Positions 40,418 to 63,559 of a stretch of DNA of 64,000 nucleotides are shown piece by piece. Origin of the DNA: Antechinus flavipes (lineage: Eukaryota); the NCBI RefSeq assembly GCF_016432865.1, contig NC_067402.1:187736001-187800000 (forward strand). The letters run 5' to 3'. Made by a program: the position numbers and the translations under genes. The notes beneath the pieces were generated by a model. That model saw only the letters and a list, made by a program, of their open reading frames with translations. It made no database searches and was not told where the DNA came from. Every line of letters starts with the position of its first letter. Positions within the stretch are counted from its first letter, which is position 1.

Positions 40418-40531
40418 ATGCACACACAGGAATAGATACATTCATACACAGGAATAGATACATGCACACACAGGAAGAGATACATGCAAACAAAGGAATA
40501 GACACACACGGAAATAGATATGCACACACAG
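40418..40531. repeat. 22-bp minisatellite ATGCACACACAGGAATAGATAC, about 5 copies
   Basis: Units start at 40418, 40440, 40462, 40484, followed by partial copies. Confidence 0.85.
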
Positions 40532-41039
40532 ACCTGCCTCTCCCTGCCCATCAAACACTGTCTTTCCCCGCCTTCAGATAACTCCTCCACATACACACTA
40601 AAATTTTTTTTCTGGGAAGACTGCCTGATGTACCCACTTTGCAGGCACCAAATGAATAATAAGCATCGCTTCTGATTCTCTTTGCATTTACCCTCATGTC
40701 ATTCCTCCTCTGACAGTGTCTCCTCCTTTTTTTTGGATCTGTAAGATTGCTTAGCACTAGAATAGAACTCACTTCTCCCCAGTGGCTCTTACACTGCTGG
40801 TATTCAGGAAACACCAGAGGTTAATAAAAGGGAGTCACACCAATATACACACACACGACGAGGGTGGGACAATGATCCCATGAGGAGGCTGGGCAAATAT
40901 CAGAGTAGAGTTTCTTAGAGCAGGTAAAATAGGAGTTCCCTGAAAGGACCAGTGATCCAATGTCCCTTTGCCCCCAACCTCAGCTCCCATAGATTGAATC
41001 ATCTTTATGGAAATTATTCCTCCATGTATTTATTCAGTC

Positions 41040-41212
41040 CATTCTTTCCTTTTTTCTTTTTTTCTCCCTTGAGGCAATTGAGGTTTCTGAGGGACAACCT
41101 ATCCAGGATCACACAGTTAGATATTAAGTATTAAGATATTTGAGGTCACATTTGAACTCAGATCCTCCAGACTTCAGAGTTGGTGCTTTATCCACTGCAC
41201 CACATAGCTCCC
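41040..41212 (-). mobile_element. Older WSINE1-like SINE
   Basis: GAGGCAATTGAGG...TTTGAACTCAGATCCTCC...TCCACTGCACCACATAGCTCCC. Confidence 0.6.
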
Positions 41213-42115
41213 CTTTCTATCCTGAATTCTAGTCTCTCATTCCCAACCGCCAAATGTATATTTCAAACTGGGTGTCCCACAGACATCTCAAACTCAACAT
41301 GTCCAAAAAGGAACACATAGCTTCCCCTTCAGCCCCATGAGTCTTGTACTGTTGATCTATTGCCAACATATCTCTTGTATCTATTTCCTTTATTCTTACC
41401 AAAAAGAAAAAGAAAAAGGAAAAAAATGAGAGATGACCTCTCTATGTTGCCCATACTGGAAGCTCTGAGTTTTGATTTGTGGTCCTCAGCTCCAGGGGGC
41501 TTGCTAGATTAATGATGGATTTAATTAAAACTATCAGGTTTTTTCCCCCTCCTATCAGTTTTGATTATTGTAGCTCAGACCCAGCAGCTCAAGAGCTGGG
41601 ATTATAGGTGTCTATCACTGGAGCTAGCCCTGCCCCCTTCTTGGCACTCACATTGCTACTAGTCTACCTTAGGTCCTAAGCATTGCTCAGCTGGATTACT
41701 GCAATGGATCTGCTTCAAGACTGCTCAATCTCTGTATCTCTAGTGCTTAGCCCAATGCCTGATTTACAGTATGTTTTAATAAATGCTTCTTGATTGAATG
41801 ATTACACAGAACACACTAAAGACTCTTGGGCTGCCTAGATTTAAGAACAGACACCTTTAGACATCATAGATATGTAACGTTCCCAACCACAGTTTCAGCA
41901 GAATCCAAGATCTGTTTCAATTACAACCTCCAAATTTACTCAGACTTTCAACTTCCAATGGCAGGAAGTTGCTTCCTTTATGTCCCATGGAAGAGACAGG
42001 TTTTCCCTCTGTAACAACATATATACAACATGTGCCATAGGCTTCCCAGGATTTTTGTGTAGTGCTAGGACCAAGGGATAATAGATAAAATGGGATCCAA
42101 GATTGAAAATAAATA

Positions 42116-42121
42116 TTTATT
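42116..42121 (-). terminator. Candidate ACRBP polyadenylation signal AATAAA
   Basis: tttatt on plus strand, about 315 nt 3' of the ACRBP stop. Confidence 0.45.
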
Positions 42122-42436
42122 TAGAGGCACCTTTTTGGGGAGCACAGGTATAAGGCAGGTGAATTTCCTCATCAAAATAACAAATGTCCTTCTCTGTTGC
42201 CTCACTTCCAAGAACAATGGGAGAGTGGGGTCAGGGACCAAACGACAAGAGGTTAGACAGATGGACTGGCTGAGGCCAGATTGAGGGACAAGGATCTTGC
42301 TGAGGGACCAAGAGAGATGGTATGCTTGAAGGAATGAGGCTGGAGAAAGAGTTGGGAGTGGGTAAGCTTAGAGAATGAAGAACACTGGAGTGAATCCAAG
42401 TGACCATAACCTCTGCTATCTCCTTGGTTTCCAAGT

Positions 42437-52836
<10,400 letters not shown>

Positions 52837-53879
52837 GGCCCTGGAGGCTCGGCTGCCTGACGCCCACGCGAGCCTCCTACCTCACCCGCCAGCTCTCAAC
52901 CGGTCCCTAACAGAGGAAGGAGAGGGCGGGGCCGAGAGAGGAGGGGCGGGGCCTACGAGACCAGAGGCGTGGCCTTGGAGACAGAAGGGGGACCGTCTCG
53001 AGAGCGGGGAGGGCGGAAGAAGGCGTGGCCTGTTGGAACATAAAGGAGCTACCCCAACCCCCCCCACCCCCTCGGCGGTGCAAGAGAAAGAACAGAGAAG
53101 GGGCGGGGCCTGACCTGGAGAAGATGGAGTAAGGCGGGAAGGCGCCGGGCCTAAACCATACTAGGGCGTGGCCGGGAATTGAGGGGTCGAGGACGGAAGC
53201 CTGGCACCGCTTCGTACAAGAGGAGGAAGTGGGTTTCACAGTAAAGGGCGGAGCCCGAAGACTGGGAATGCGTGAGAGGAGGGGCAGGGAAGAGTTGGGA
53301 TTAGAACTCAGAAGGTAGGGTAATTAATACAAATTTTATAATAATGATATTAAAATAATTATAATCAATACCGATTTTAGAGGGATTCTCTTTTGGTTGA
53401 GAACACCACCATAGACAGGGTCAATCCACCAAAGTCGGAGTCATCAAATCATTTGCCATGTCTTGTCAGTGCCATCTGCAGGTAGACCTTCAGACCCTCC
53501 GTTACTTTCCAATCTGATTATTGCAACAGTTTTCTGACTCCCTCCCTCTTCGAGCCTCCTTTGTCTTGAAGTTGTAGATTTCTTTAAGGACCTTGCCTTA
53601 AATCTAAATTCTCATTGATTGGCCAACAATAAGTCCCAGGCCAAGCCCCACTTGGTCATTGATTGGGCCCTGATAAGAGTGAATGTAAAGAACAATTGTT
53701 TCTGTTTTGACCGGAATCCTAGCGGGTCGTTCTTTTACAGATTGATTTTTGTAAATTTTTTATTTGACAAGATAAAAGAGGCAATTCTTTACCTCATTTC
53801 TTACTTAGCCGTAATAGCCAAATGGGCCCTGTCGTACTCAAACTGAGACCTGCTAAAGACTGCATACAGAGTTATCTCC

Positions 53880-54041
53880 AGTTTTGTTTTTTTTTTTTTT
53901 TTTTTTTTTGCTGAGACAATTGGATTTAAGTGACTTGCCCAGGCTCGCAAAGCTGGGAAGTGTTGTGTCTGAGGTCAAATTTGAACTCAGGTCCCCCGAC
54001 TTCAGAATTGGTACTCTTATCACTGCACCATTTAGCTGCCC
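53880..54041 (-). mobile_element. WSINE1-like marsupial SINE nested in an RTE-related SINE (about 53400-54200)
   Basis: Poly(T) followed by TTTGCTGAGACAATTGG...AAGTGACTTGCCCAGG...CACTGCACCATTTAGCTGCCC. Flanks carry the RTE-type tail GGTGACTTTGCACAGCC...GAAGGACAAATGAC. Confidence 0.7.
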
Positions 54042-54875
54042 AGTCCTGATCATAGCTTGCCTAGATTCGGTTGGCAACTGGAGGAGAAATTGAAGCTGGT
54101 GACTTTGCACAGCCTTTCCTCACTTAAAATCTAATTCATATGCAACCATGGTATCACTCCTCCTACTATGGACCTCTTGGAGAATGAAGGACAAATGACA
54201 ATGCTCTATACAGCTCCAAAAACAATCTTCACAAGGCACAAGTCTATTTTATTCCCCTGCTCAAAAATCTTCAATTACCCTGGAGGTGCCAGAAACACCT
54301 TTGATTTATTACATGATTTTGAATTGATTTTTGGTCGTGTTCAGAAACCCTTTACTCTGCTGCCACATTTTTCATGATTCTCACATTCCATTATGGGACC
54401 CCATATGGAGTGTTGATCCTTACATCTAGGCTCAAAAAATAGCTTGACATTTAATGACCTTCACAATTTGACCCCAAACTGCCTTTCTGACCTTCATTCA
54501 TATTCTATTAATCTCCTTCACATTATATTCCAAATCAAACATTTCACCATCAACTTCTGGGTATCTGCAAGCATTCCCCATGATTGGTATACAGTAGCTA
54601 TTAACTTTTCCTCATGACCTTTTATTTACTTCAAATCTTTGTGCCAATCATCTATGAAATCTGTAGTGATCCTGTTATCTTCTCTTTGTATTTGTATAGC
54701 AGCAATAAGGTGCTTAAAAGGATGGACCTGAATTCATCAAAAGTTGATTTCAAATCCTGCCTCACATTTACCAGGTCTTATTCTAGGCAAGCCAATTAAT
54801 CTTTTAGTCTTAGTTTCCTCATTTGTAAAATGAGGCTAAAAGTGCTTACTCATGGGTGTGAGAATGTGAGATAAT

Positions 54876-54902
<27 letters not shown>
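54876..54902. repeat. (AC)13 microsatellite
   Basis: Direct reading. Confidence 0.9.
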
Positions 54903-54906
<4 letters not shown>

Positions 54907-55114
54907 GCAAACCTTAAAGTATTACAGAATGACCAGCTATTATTACATCCTCCAGAACAGACAACTCCTTGAGAGCAGAACCAATTTCATTTGTCATTGT
55001 GTCTGTCCCCCAAGCCTAGTACCATGTCTTATATAAAGCACTTATGTTTGTGAATTTGAAAATACATTCCCCTTCACCAACCCATATTACTATCAATGTA
55101 TGATTTCTCAAACT

Positions 55115-55445
55115 TTTTCTTCTTAAAATTTTTCCATTCTCGATCCCATTTTACCTGAGAAATTTTTATGCAGCCCCATCTCAAATCTGAGCCAAGGTGC
55201 TTCTGACAGTTTTCATGCATGCACAATGCGAAGTACACACATTGTGTGTTCAGAAGGCTGTAGTGAAGTTGTTCGATGCAATATGGGTAAATGCTATTAG
55301 AAACACCTATTTATTACATGAGATTTTGAATTAAGTTTTGGTTGTTGTGTTCAGAAATCTTTTACCACTGACAAATTTTTCATGACCCTCAAATTCCATT
55401 ACGTGATCTCATATGGAGTCGTGACCCAGAGTTTAAGAAGCTTTG
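55115..55445. mobile_element. hAT/Charlie-like non-autonomous DNA transposon (MITE)
   Basis: Terminal inverted repeats CTTCTTAAA (55119) and TTTAAGAAG (55432-55440). Related copies at 21035-21224 and 54300-54420. Confidence 0.55.
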
Positions 55446-56005
55446 ATTTAGTAGATGTCCTGGGAAGTTGTTCAAGGAAAATAGAGAATAAATGATTTGC
55501 CCACCCAAGGTCACTGTGCTAACAAGTCTGGGGGGGGGGGATTTTAACTTGGGTCTTTCCTCAACCTTACCATGCTACCTCTATTGAATAACACATTTAT
55601 GTAGATATATTTAAATATGTACTTTAGATGGGATCTGTTCTAATCTTAAGGGGTTGAACACATCATAAACTAGGGAGTCTGATGGAAAGAGTACTGAACT
55701 GAATTAGAAATCCTAGCGTTCATATCTTGGGATGCTGCCAATTGCTGGCAGTGGAATTTTGGGCAAACCACTTAATTTAAGCCTCAGTTTCCTCATCTGT
55801 AAAAGAAACAATAAATGCACTCTGTCAGTTATAAATTTCAAAGCACTAGATGGACATAAGCTTTTAGGATAGCAAAGCCCAGGAATGTGAAGTCATATTG
55901 TTTCTCCTCCTATGGCTTGAGGCTATGAAAGAGGGAGTCAAGTATTATAATGGCCCATATTCCTAATTTCTCCTCAATAAATACAGCAGGCCAGATTTCA
56001 TTACT

Positions 56006-56011
56006 TTTATT
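56006..56011 (-). terminator. Candidate ING4 polyadenylation signal AATAAA
   Basis: tttatt on plus strand, about 530 nt 3' of the ING4 stop. Confidence 0.5.
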
Positions 56012-56539
56012 CTCCCACCCACTCTACCTCCCTCCAATACACACAAGCCTAAAAACTCCCTTGTCACAGGGCAGAAGGTGACCCTACAGAAAGGGCCCTA
56101 CAAAAAGATGAAGTCCAAGGAGAGAAGGAAGATCAACATACCATAGCCCCCACCATGGGGGGGAAGGGAGGCGCCCCTATACTGCTGTCCCACTCCCTAT
56201 ATACAGTGAGGGAAGTAAAAAGGTATCCCTCCAAGATACAGCACCAACCTCAGCATGGAGGCAAAGGGGAAGTGGGGATGACCCCTCCTCCACCAACCCC
56301 AAGAAGGAGAAGGTGATGTTCTAAAGGAGGGCACATACCACCCACCCTACTGCAGTTCAGATGCAGCCTCAGCACCAAGAGTGTGTATGTGTGTGGGGGA
56401 GGAAGGGGGAGAAGGGAGTGACTTCTCTGTACCAGCCCCCTTCTCCCCCTGAGTTCCAACACCCCAACACAGGATTTCCACCCCATGCCCAAGCCCAGGT
56501 GAGAAGAGATGAAATTATGATGACATCCAAGGTCTTTGT

Positions 56540-59500
56540 TTATTTCTTCTTCCGTTCCTGAGAGCACCGAGGGCAGAACCTAGGGAGGAGGTGACAAAGA
56601 GAAACAGATAGATTAAAAGAATATGGGAAGAAACTCTTCTCAAATTTAGTCCAACATTCAGACTCAGGATGCCCTTAGCCATAAACTCACCATTTCCCTC
56701 GAGGCTTGGTTGTTAATCCAACACAGGCAAAGTGGAACCACTCAATGGAACACTGAAAGAACGTAGGAAAAAGAAGCAAAATTAAAATGAGGGAATTAGA
56801 ATTATTTAACTTATTTTACATCTGTCTCCCTGAAAAATATCCTCAAAAAAACTGGGTGGGGCTGGGCTAATTCTGATTACATTTCAAGCACTCAACTGCT
56901 TCGGAGTTCTGGTCATTCTTGCCTTTTTTCATCTTATCCTAATCCTTCTCAACCTTTTAGAAAGTAACATCTTCTAAAAGGGAAACAGCAGATGGTGAAT
57001 GCTTTCCTAACAAGATCTATTTCAGTGTTTGTGGGTAAGAAGTCACAGCCTTCTTCTCATCTCCTCCCTCTATCACTGCTCCCTGGCATTCCATTCTACA
57101 GATAAACTGGCTCTCACATCAGGGTTGTCACAGCCAATCATCTCCCCATAGGAAACTTGGTGGCAAAGGCAGTAGGTAGGTTCATTGGGATCCACTGGCA
57201 TATCCAACACATCTGAAGGGTGGACACTGCCAAAAGTCACTGAGGGCATACCATATTCAGGGCTTCTAAAAAAACAAAAACAGGTAATGGCATATGTTAT
57301 GATAATGGCATATGTGATGACCTTTACATATAACAGGAGATTTGGGGATTAGGATGGAGTTAGGAAGAATTATCTTCTATTTTAGACACAAATATTGGGC
57401 CACTTTGTAAGGAAAAAAAGTAGAAGACGTGGAGGAATGGAGGTAAGGATTTCGGTAAGATGAACTCACGTGCGCACAAATTTCAGCTTCTTCTGGGCAG
57501 CCTTGGGAGCCTCCTCATCTGAATTCTTACCCTTAGAACGAGCACGGGCAGCTTTCTTCTCCTTCTGAACCCGGCCTTCTAGGAAGGAGGGGGAAAGCCA
57601 GGAGGCAAGGGGACCAAAAAATAGGTTAAACCCTTTTTGGCTTCTCTATTCCTTCTGACCCAATTGACCTGTTCTTCATTCTCTTAATCACAGAATTTAA
57701 AGATGGAAGAAAAAAAATCAACTACCTTCACCCAATCCCCTTACCTCAAGTTTTTCTAATAAGGAAATTGAGACCCAAGATTACATAGGTATTAAGTAGC
57801 ATATAGTATCTAACCTACTGTCTTCTGACTTCAAATTCATTGTAATATGCTACTTTTATTAAGCCCTCCTCCCTCCTACCTCCCAGAACCCTGTCCCATT
57901 CTCCTCACTCTTTTTTCCTTTGCTGGAAGAGCTGTCATAGTCACTTGACTCAATCTGTTTCTCTTTTAGATCAGCCTCAAAACGGGCTAGATCTGTGTCC
58001 AGTCTTCGAATATGCTTATCCACCTAGGAGCAGGGTAAAGGGCAAGAAGAAAAGACAGGAAGATGAGAGACTAGAAAGGATGAAACTAATCATAAGAAAA
58101 ATTCTGGACCCAAAACAGATTCCACAAGTCCCCAAACCTATAAAAATTCCCCAAACAGTTGAGAAGCCTAAGACCCTTGTGGAATAAATGGAAAGGTAGA
58201 GAGAACACGTGGATCCTAGCCATACCATCTCATAGGTCTGCATGGCGAGCTGCACCTTGTCATCCCCAAATTCCTTGCATTTGCCGTAGGCTTCCTGGAT
58301 CTGCTTAAGTAATGCCAGCTTTTCCTCTGAGTTGAGGCTGCGGGCGCTACTCATATATTCAGTGGCCAGCTTGTCAATTTCTGCTTTCAGGTCTACAATA
58401 GAGACAGAGGCCTGGTCACAATGCCCCCCACCCCCCAAAGTTGATTGAACATATTCCCCCTTGACCCTTTCCATTCAACCTCATCAAATTAAAAGGCACA
58501 GAATATTGGAGGAGAGGTTGAAATACTACTTGGACTAAACTTGTGGCTCTACTGGTACAGGAAACTCTCACATAAGAAAACACACAGGTTAGCATGTAGG
58601 ACACTGGAACACTTAACTGGGAAGTTAAATGACTTTCCCAAATTTACATAGCCAAGAATGATAAAGGTGATGCCATCAGCATTTCTACCCACCAGGTATA
58701 GCAGAAGCTGAAATTTAACATGGAGGTATCTCCCTTTCTACAACTTTTCTATCTTAGGCATACTTGTGAGTTTTTGGTAGTCGTAGATGCTGTTCACAAA
58801 GCCTGTCACTGTTTGCATGCCTCAACAGCTACTTTATGTCTTTTCTCAAAAACTATCTACCCTAGTCAAGTTATTGGTGATCCATTCACTGTTACTCTTC
58901 TTGGTGATTAATCCCTGTGCCTCACTGAATGCATATCTTGTGCTCAACCTGCTTCCCACTCTACTTAAGTTAACCATTCAGTGACTTGGTTGGGCATTCT
59001 ATTGTCATCTATCAACTAGGCCCACTAGAATATACTAAAGCAAAATGGCTTGGAGACTGGTGGCATTCCAACTTATTATTGATGATCCTGGTTTGCCATT
59101 TGTTCCTTGGTAGAGCTCATTGAAACTGCTCATGAGATGGATTGAGTTGACTACAACAGGTCCGGGTCTTGAACTGGGCAGAACCAGTGCTCTGTAGATC
59201 TTCAGTTTGGTACGGTGATTCATTCTATGTTTGCACTACATTTCATCTGTCAGTTTCCCAAAAAAACATATTATGAGGCATGCAAACAATGACATGTTCT
59301 CTGACATCTCTTCTTGTTGTGTGCACTTCAAAAGTCAGGATTGGATTACAGAGAAAACAAGTCAATCCCCAGCATTCGGCTGCTCCCGGATGACTATTTC
59401 AGGACTTTTGATGTTGTGATGAATTAACTATGATGTCTTCCCAATGGGACTTGATCACAAGCTTGCAGATCACTTGTTATTTCTTGAGCAGGACTATATA

Positions 59501-60988
59501 AAAGAGAAAAGACTGTACCTATTACACAATCCTCTACTGATAAGGCACTATCAACTCTGATGAGACCAACCTGACCATCGGGGAGTAGCCTCAGGCTCCA
59601 AGTGAATTTCTCAGGGCAGCCAAACTTGCTCAAGAGTTGCCAGAATGCAGGTCCACAGATGATATCTAATACTTCTGTAAGGTCGAAGAATACAGTGTAG
59701 AGGTCTTGTTGTTAATCTCTGTGCATTTTTTTCAGTATTTGCCATGAAGCAAAGATTATGTCTGCCAACATGAGTTGCAGTCAAGGCCATAATGTGAATT
59801 CTGTGGCAGTATGACTGATAATGAAGTGTAGCAGAAGTATTCTGGAAAGGGCTATACCCCCAAAAAGATGCAACTATAGTTGAAACCATAAGATTTTCTG
59901 ACTTTCTTCTTCAGGATGGTAATGAGGTTAGTGTCTTTGAACTCTTTAGCTCTTTCCTCAACACTTCATTTGTCGAGGAAAAATTGGTGCTGATATCTAG
60001 CTACCATTACCCTCCCTTCATAAATTTCAGCAGGTAAAGTGAACAGAAAAGCAACAGTAGTACCCTGTTCATCAGATTGTACAATCAAACACCAAACTGA
60101 AGAATAAATCATCATTCACTCTAGACACAGATAAATGTACACCTCTGTCTGTACGCACCCTCTGTTCTCTGGTCTAGGTCCCGCATGAGCTGGAAGTTTC
60201 TCTGGAGCTCAAAGGGGAGGTTTTCAATACCTGGGGGGAAGAAGAGGCTGTGAATTCCTGGAGGTCATGGGGTTCCCTTGTGTCCCCACAACCTACAAAA
60301 CCTCAAACTGGACCTTGAACCCTGGCAATAATAGTAGTGATCCAAATCTGGCAGAAAAGGATTAATTACAAAAAGTCCTACCAATCAAACCTGACTAGCA
60401 CCAGGTCCTTTTTGGTGGAAAGGGGTCTCAAATCCATGAGGAAAGGAGCCTCAGTCCTTTCTTGTTTGGTAGTTACTGTCCTCCCTTCACTCACTTAAAG
60501 GGGAGGATGGACAGGCTGGAGGGAGGAGCCACTGGAGGGTCTATTCTTCTAAGAAAAAGGAGATCAGTGAATTTCACGGTTACAGACTGGCTGACAGGTG
60601 GGACACTTGGCCAAGCCAGATCAACACAGTGCACCCCAGCCTGAAATTAAGTGTCCCCCGACAGTCAGGATCCAAGACAATCCTCTTACTCCCCTCCCCA
60701 GCCGACACTACTGAACTTCTCCCAAACCCAAACCGATCAAGCCCACCTTAGCGGCCCCTCTCAGGGCTGACATCCATCAGCTGCCGCAGACCCCGCACCC
60801 AGCACCCCGCCCCCACTCCTCCCCTCCCCTCCTTTCCTTTCTTCTCAGTTGTCTCTCTCCCCCCGCGGGCCCACCGATGTGCGCATGTCCCATCTCGGCT
60901 GGGCCCTGCACCCGCGCTAAGACTGCCGACCCAACACCCGCAACCTCTTACTGTCCAGATAATGCTCCAAGTACATTCCCGCCGCCAT
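56540..60988 (-). CDS. ING4: Inhibitor of growth family member 4 (PHD-finger subunit of HBO1 complex), 249 aa, 8 exons
   Basis: Exons (minus): 60952-60988 ([12 protein letters not shown]), 60159-60230, 58226-58392, 57909-58023, 57470-57578, 57118-57265, 56691-56752, 56540-56579 ([12 protein letters not shown]). Total 750 nt, all phases compatible. Confidence 0.98.
58950..59890 (-). mobile_element. Decayed RTE-clade LINE reverse transcriptase fragment in ING4 intron 2
   Basis: Broken minus-strand ORF remnants SKFGCPEKF and [13 protein letters not shown] are typical of RTE RT. Confidence 0.75.
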
Positions 60989-61300
60989 CTTGAAGCAAAA
61001 CAAAGCAACTTCCGGTCCGTTCCCGGAAGTGATAGACGACCTTCCAGGGCTCGAGCTTATCCCAGAGACAAGGCCTCTTCCGCCCTTAAAAGGAGGAGGG
61101 GGGGAATTCCGCCCTCAGTGTGTTTCTAGCCCGGGCACTTCCGCCCATTATCTTCACCTTCCTTTCGGAGGAGAGACCTCCCTGTTGCACTTAGAGAGGT
61201 GGTGTAAGCTTCGGTTCCGCCCTCACCTACTGATGCCCCTCGGTTTGGGACTGGAGGAAGAGGAACAACGTCACTTAGGCTCGCCATTTTGAATTAAATT
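60750..61300 (-). promoter_or_regulatory. ING4 CpG-island promoter
   Basis: CpG-rich. YY1-like AAGATGGCGGC over the start codon, ETS/GABPA sites ACTTCCGG (about 61008) and CCGGAAGTG (about 61023), further GCCATTTT at about 61283. Confidence 0.8.
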
Positions 61301-61609
61301 CCCTGATTCCACTCCTCTTCAGAAAGGAAGATACTTTTAGAAATCCAAAAATCTGTGTTTTCCTTCTAGTTGCTTAAAAAAAAAAAAAAATTCGCACCTA
61401 ATTTCTCATTAATGTGCGGTGTAGAGGGGAGAGGGACGGGGAGCGAAGGAATTATGTCCTTTTTATTTCTTGCTTCCATCAATCTCTTGGGAGGAATAGG
61501 GGAGCAATCAGGAAATGGGGATGGGGCCCTAACCTTGGAGGGATGGGGATGGGGCATTAACTACGAGTCTCACCTGCGTCGGTGCCTAGGCCGCAAAGGC
61601 GGCCAGGTA

Positions 61610-61800
61610 GTGTGTTGTGAATAGAGTAGCAGGCTTGGAGTCGGGAGGACGAGTTCAAATCCGAATGTGTCTTGTCTCAGCCTCAGCTTCCCAATCTGTA
61701 AAATGAGGATAGTAATGAAACCTACCTCACAGGATTGTTGTGAGGATCAAATGATATGTGCAAAGCGCTTTGCAAACCTTCGCTCGTTAAACGTATTATT
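61610..61800 (+). mobile_element. MIR SINE (CpG-retaining, next to ING4 island)
   Basis: GCCTCAGCTTCCCAATCTGTAAAATGAGG...CCTACCTCACAGGATTGTTGTGAGGATCAAATGA. Confidence 0.75.
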
Positions 61801-62218
61801 GCGATGGCATCATTCATAGCTCCTCTCTGCCCAGCTTCAATCCTTGAAGGATCTAAGTTACCCAAAGAGCACGTCTCCCCTCAAAGCCTGGTACTTTATG
61901 CTTCTCACTTTAATCCTAATGTGTGAGGCTAATTTTCTCTGCTGGTTCGAGTGCAATTATATAAGAAAGTCCATCTAAGCAGGCTGAATAACAGTACTCG
62001 GTGACCTGAATGCACACAACACCATCCTCACCGAGTCTGCCTTTTTGCCCACAATTAAGAGCAAGGAAAGAAATGAATGATAATTCCTGGTCCCTGTTAG
62101 GGCATGAAAGAACTCAATTTACTGATGACAGTTCAGTCAACAACATCATCTTTGATGGCATTTTTAATCAGCATATACTCTCCAGAGAAAATATGTAATA
62201 ATCCCATTTCCCAATTTA

Positions 62219-62379
62219 TTTATTTATTTTTGCTGAGGCAGTTGGAGTTAAGTGACTTGCGCAGGGTCACACAGCTAGAAGTGTCAAGTGTCTGAGGTCA
62301 AATTTGAACTCAGGTCCTCCTGATTTCAGGGCTGCTCTATCCACTGCACCACCTAACTGCCTCCTCCCCGTCCCCCCAC
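62219..62379 (-). mobile_element. WSINE1-like marsupial SINE with TSD
   Basis: TTTGCTGAGGCAGTTGGAGTTAAGTGACTTG...CCACTGCACCACCTAACTGCC. 11-bp TSD TTCCCAATTTA at 62208-62218 and 62380-62390. Confidence 0.8.
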
Positions 62380-63559
62380 TTCCCAATTTAAATAAAAATT
62401 ACCACAGATCATGACAGCACAGAAATCTAAGGACTAAACACCTTTTGGATAGGTGTAGCGATAGTACTCCAAACTTCTAGTAATTATAACTTTCCTGGAC
62501 CAGGAAAGAACATCAGAAGATCCAAATAAAAAATCTATTTCTACTGCTGGTGCAAGAATGTGGGTTTTTTGTTTTGTTTTTGTCCTAGTTAATCAGTATA
62601 TGGAGTTTGCATCAAACTATTTCACATATATTCTCTCTTGGTCCAAAGGAAGGGGCAAACCAAGAGAAATTTCAGAGATGCTTATACATCTACTTCCAAA
62701 CTAAAGGGGGCACTGTTTGGTTAATCATCTACATTGTACTAAGTAGTGGACCATGTTAGCTTTTTTTCCCCCATAGGGAGAGACTAGTATAAAAACTCTT
62801 ATTACCTACTACCAAGGGGTATTTTGTTGTTAGAAATCTTATAGTGTTTCAGGAATATTCAGCAATCACCATACCAGGGCCCTTATGCTGTATCAAACAA
62901 ATGGGTATGCATCTCATCAATTTATACCCAGCCAACTACCCCTCTCATTTCTCTACCCTGACCTTAGTTCATTTCTCCATTGCCTCTTGCCAAAGTAATG
63001 TTGAAATAGCCTCTAGGACAGTCTTCTCACCTCATTTTGTTTTCTTTCTTCTCCTTCCAACTGAGAAATTTATCTTACATTTATGGTTATTTAATCCCTC
63101 TCAATGCATAGATCTAATTTCCATTAAGGAAAAAAAAAAACCTTCATAAGCTCTTATTGGGTAAAGTTCTATATTTGGACTGGAGGACTAAAGATCAATC
63201 CCATCTCTAAATAAAGCCTGTATGACCTTGAAAAAGTCATATAATCTCTTGGGGCCTTAGATGCCTCATCTCTTAAATAAAGAGCTTCCAAGATTCTTTT
63301 CAGCTTGAAATCTATAATCTCACTACAGAATAAATTTAGTCTAGCATTCAAGCAAAAATAATATGTACAGATAAATCTTTAAGGTTTATAGGGTACTTTT
63401 CACATAACCTTGTGAGGTAAGGAATGTATAGTCTTCCCATTTTACATAAAGAAAACTAATATTCAGAGATGTGTTGACTTTTTTGGAAGGTCACACAGTT
63501 AATGACAGAGTCAAACCTTGAACCCAGATCACTCCTCTATTAAATAAACTTCAGTGGAC

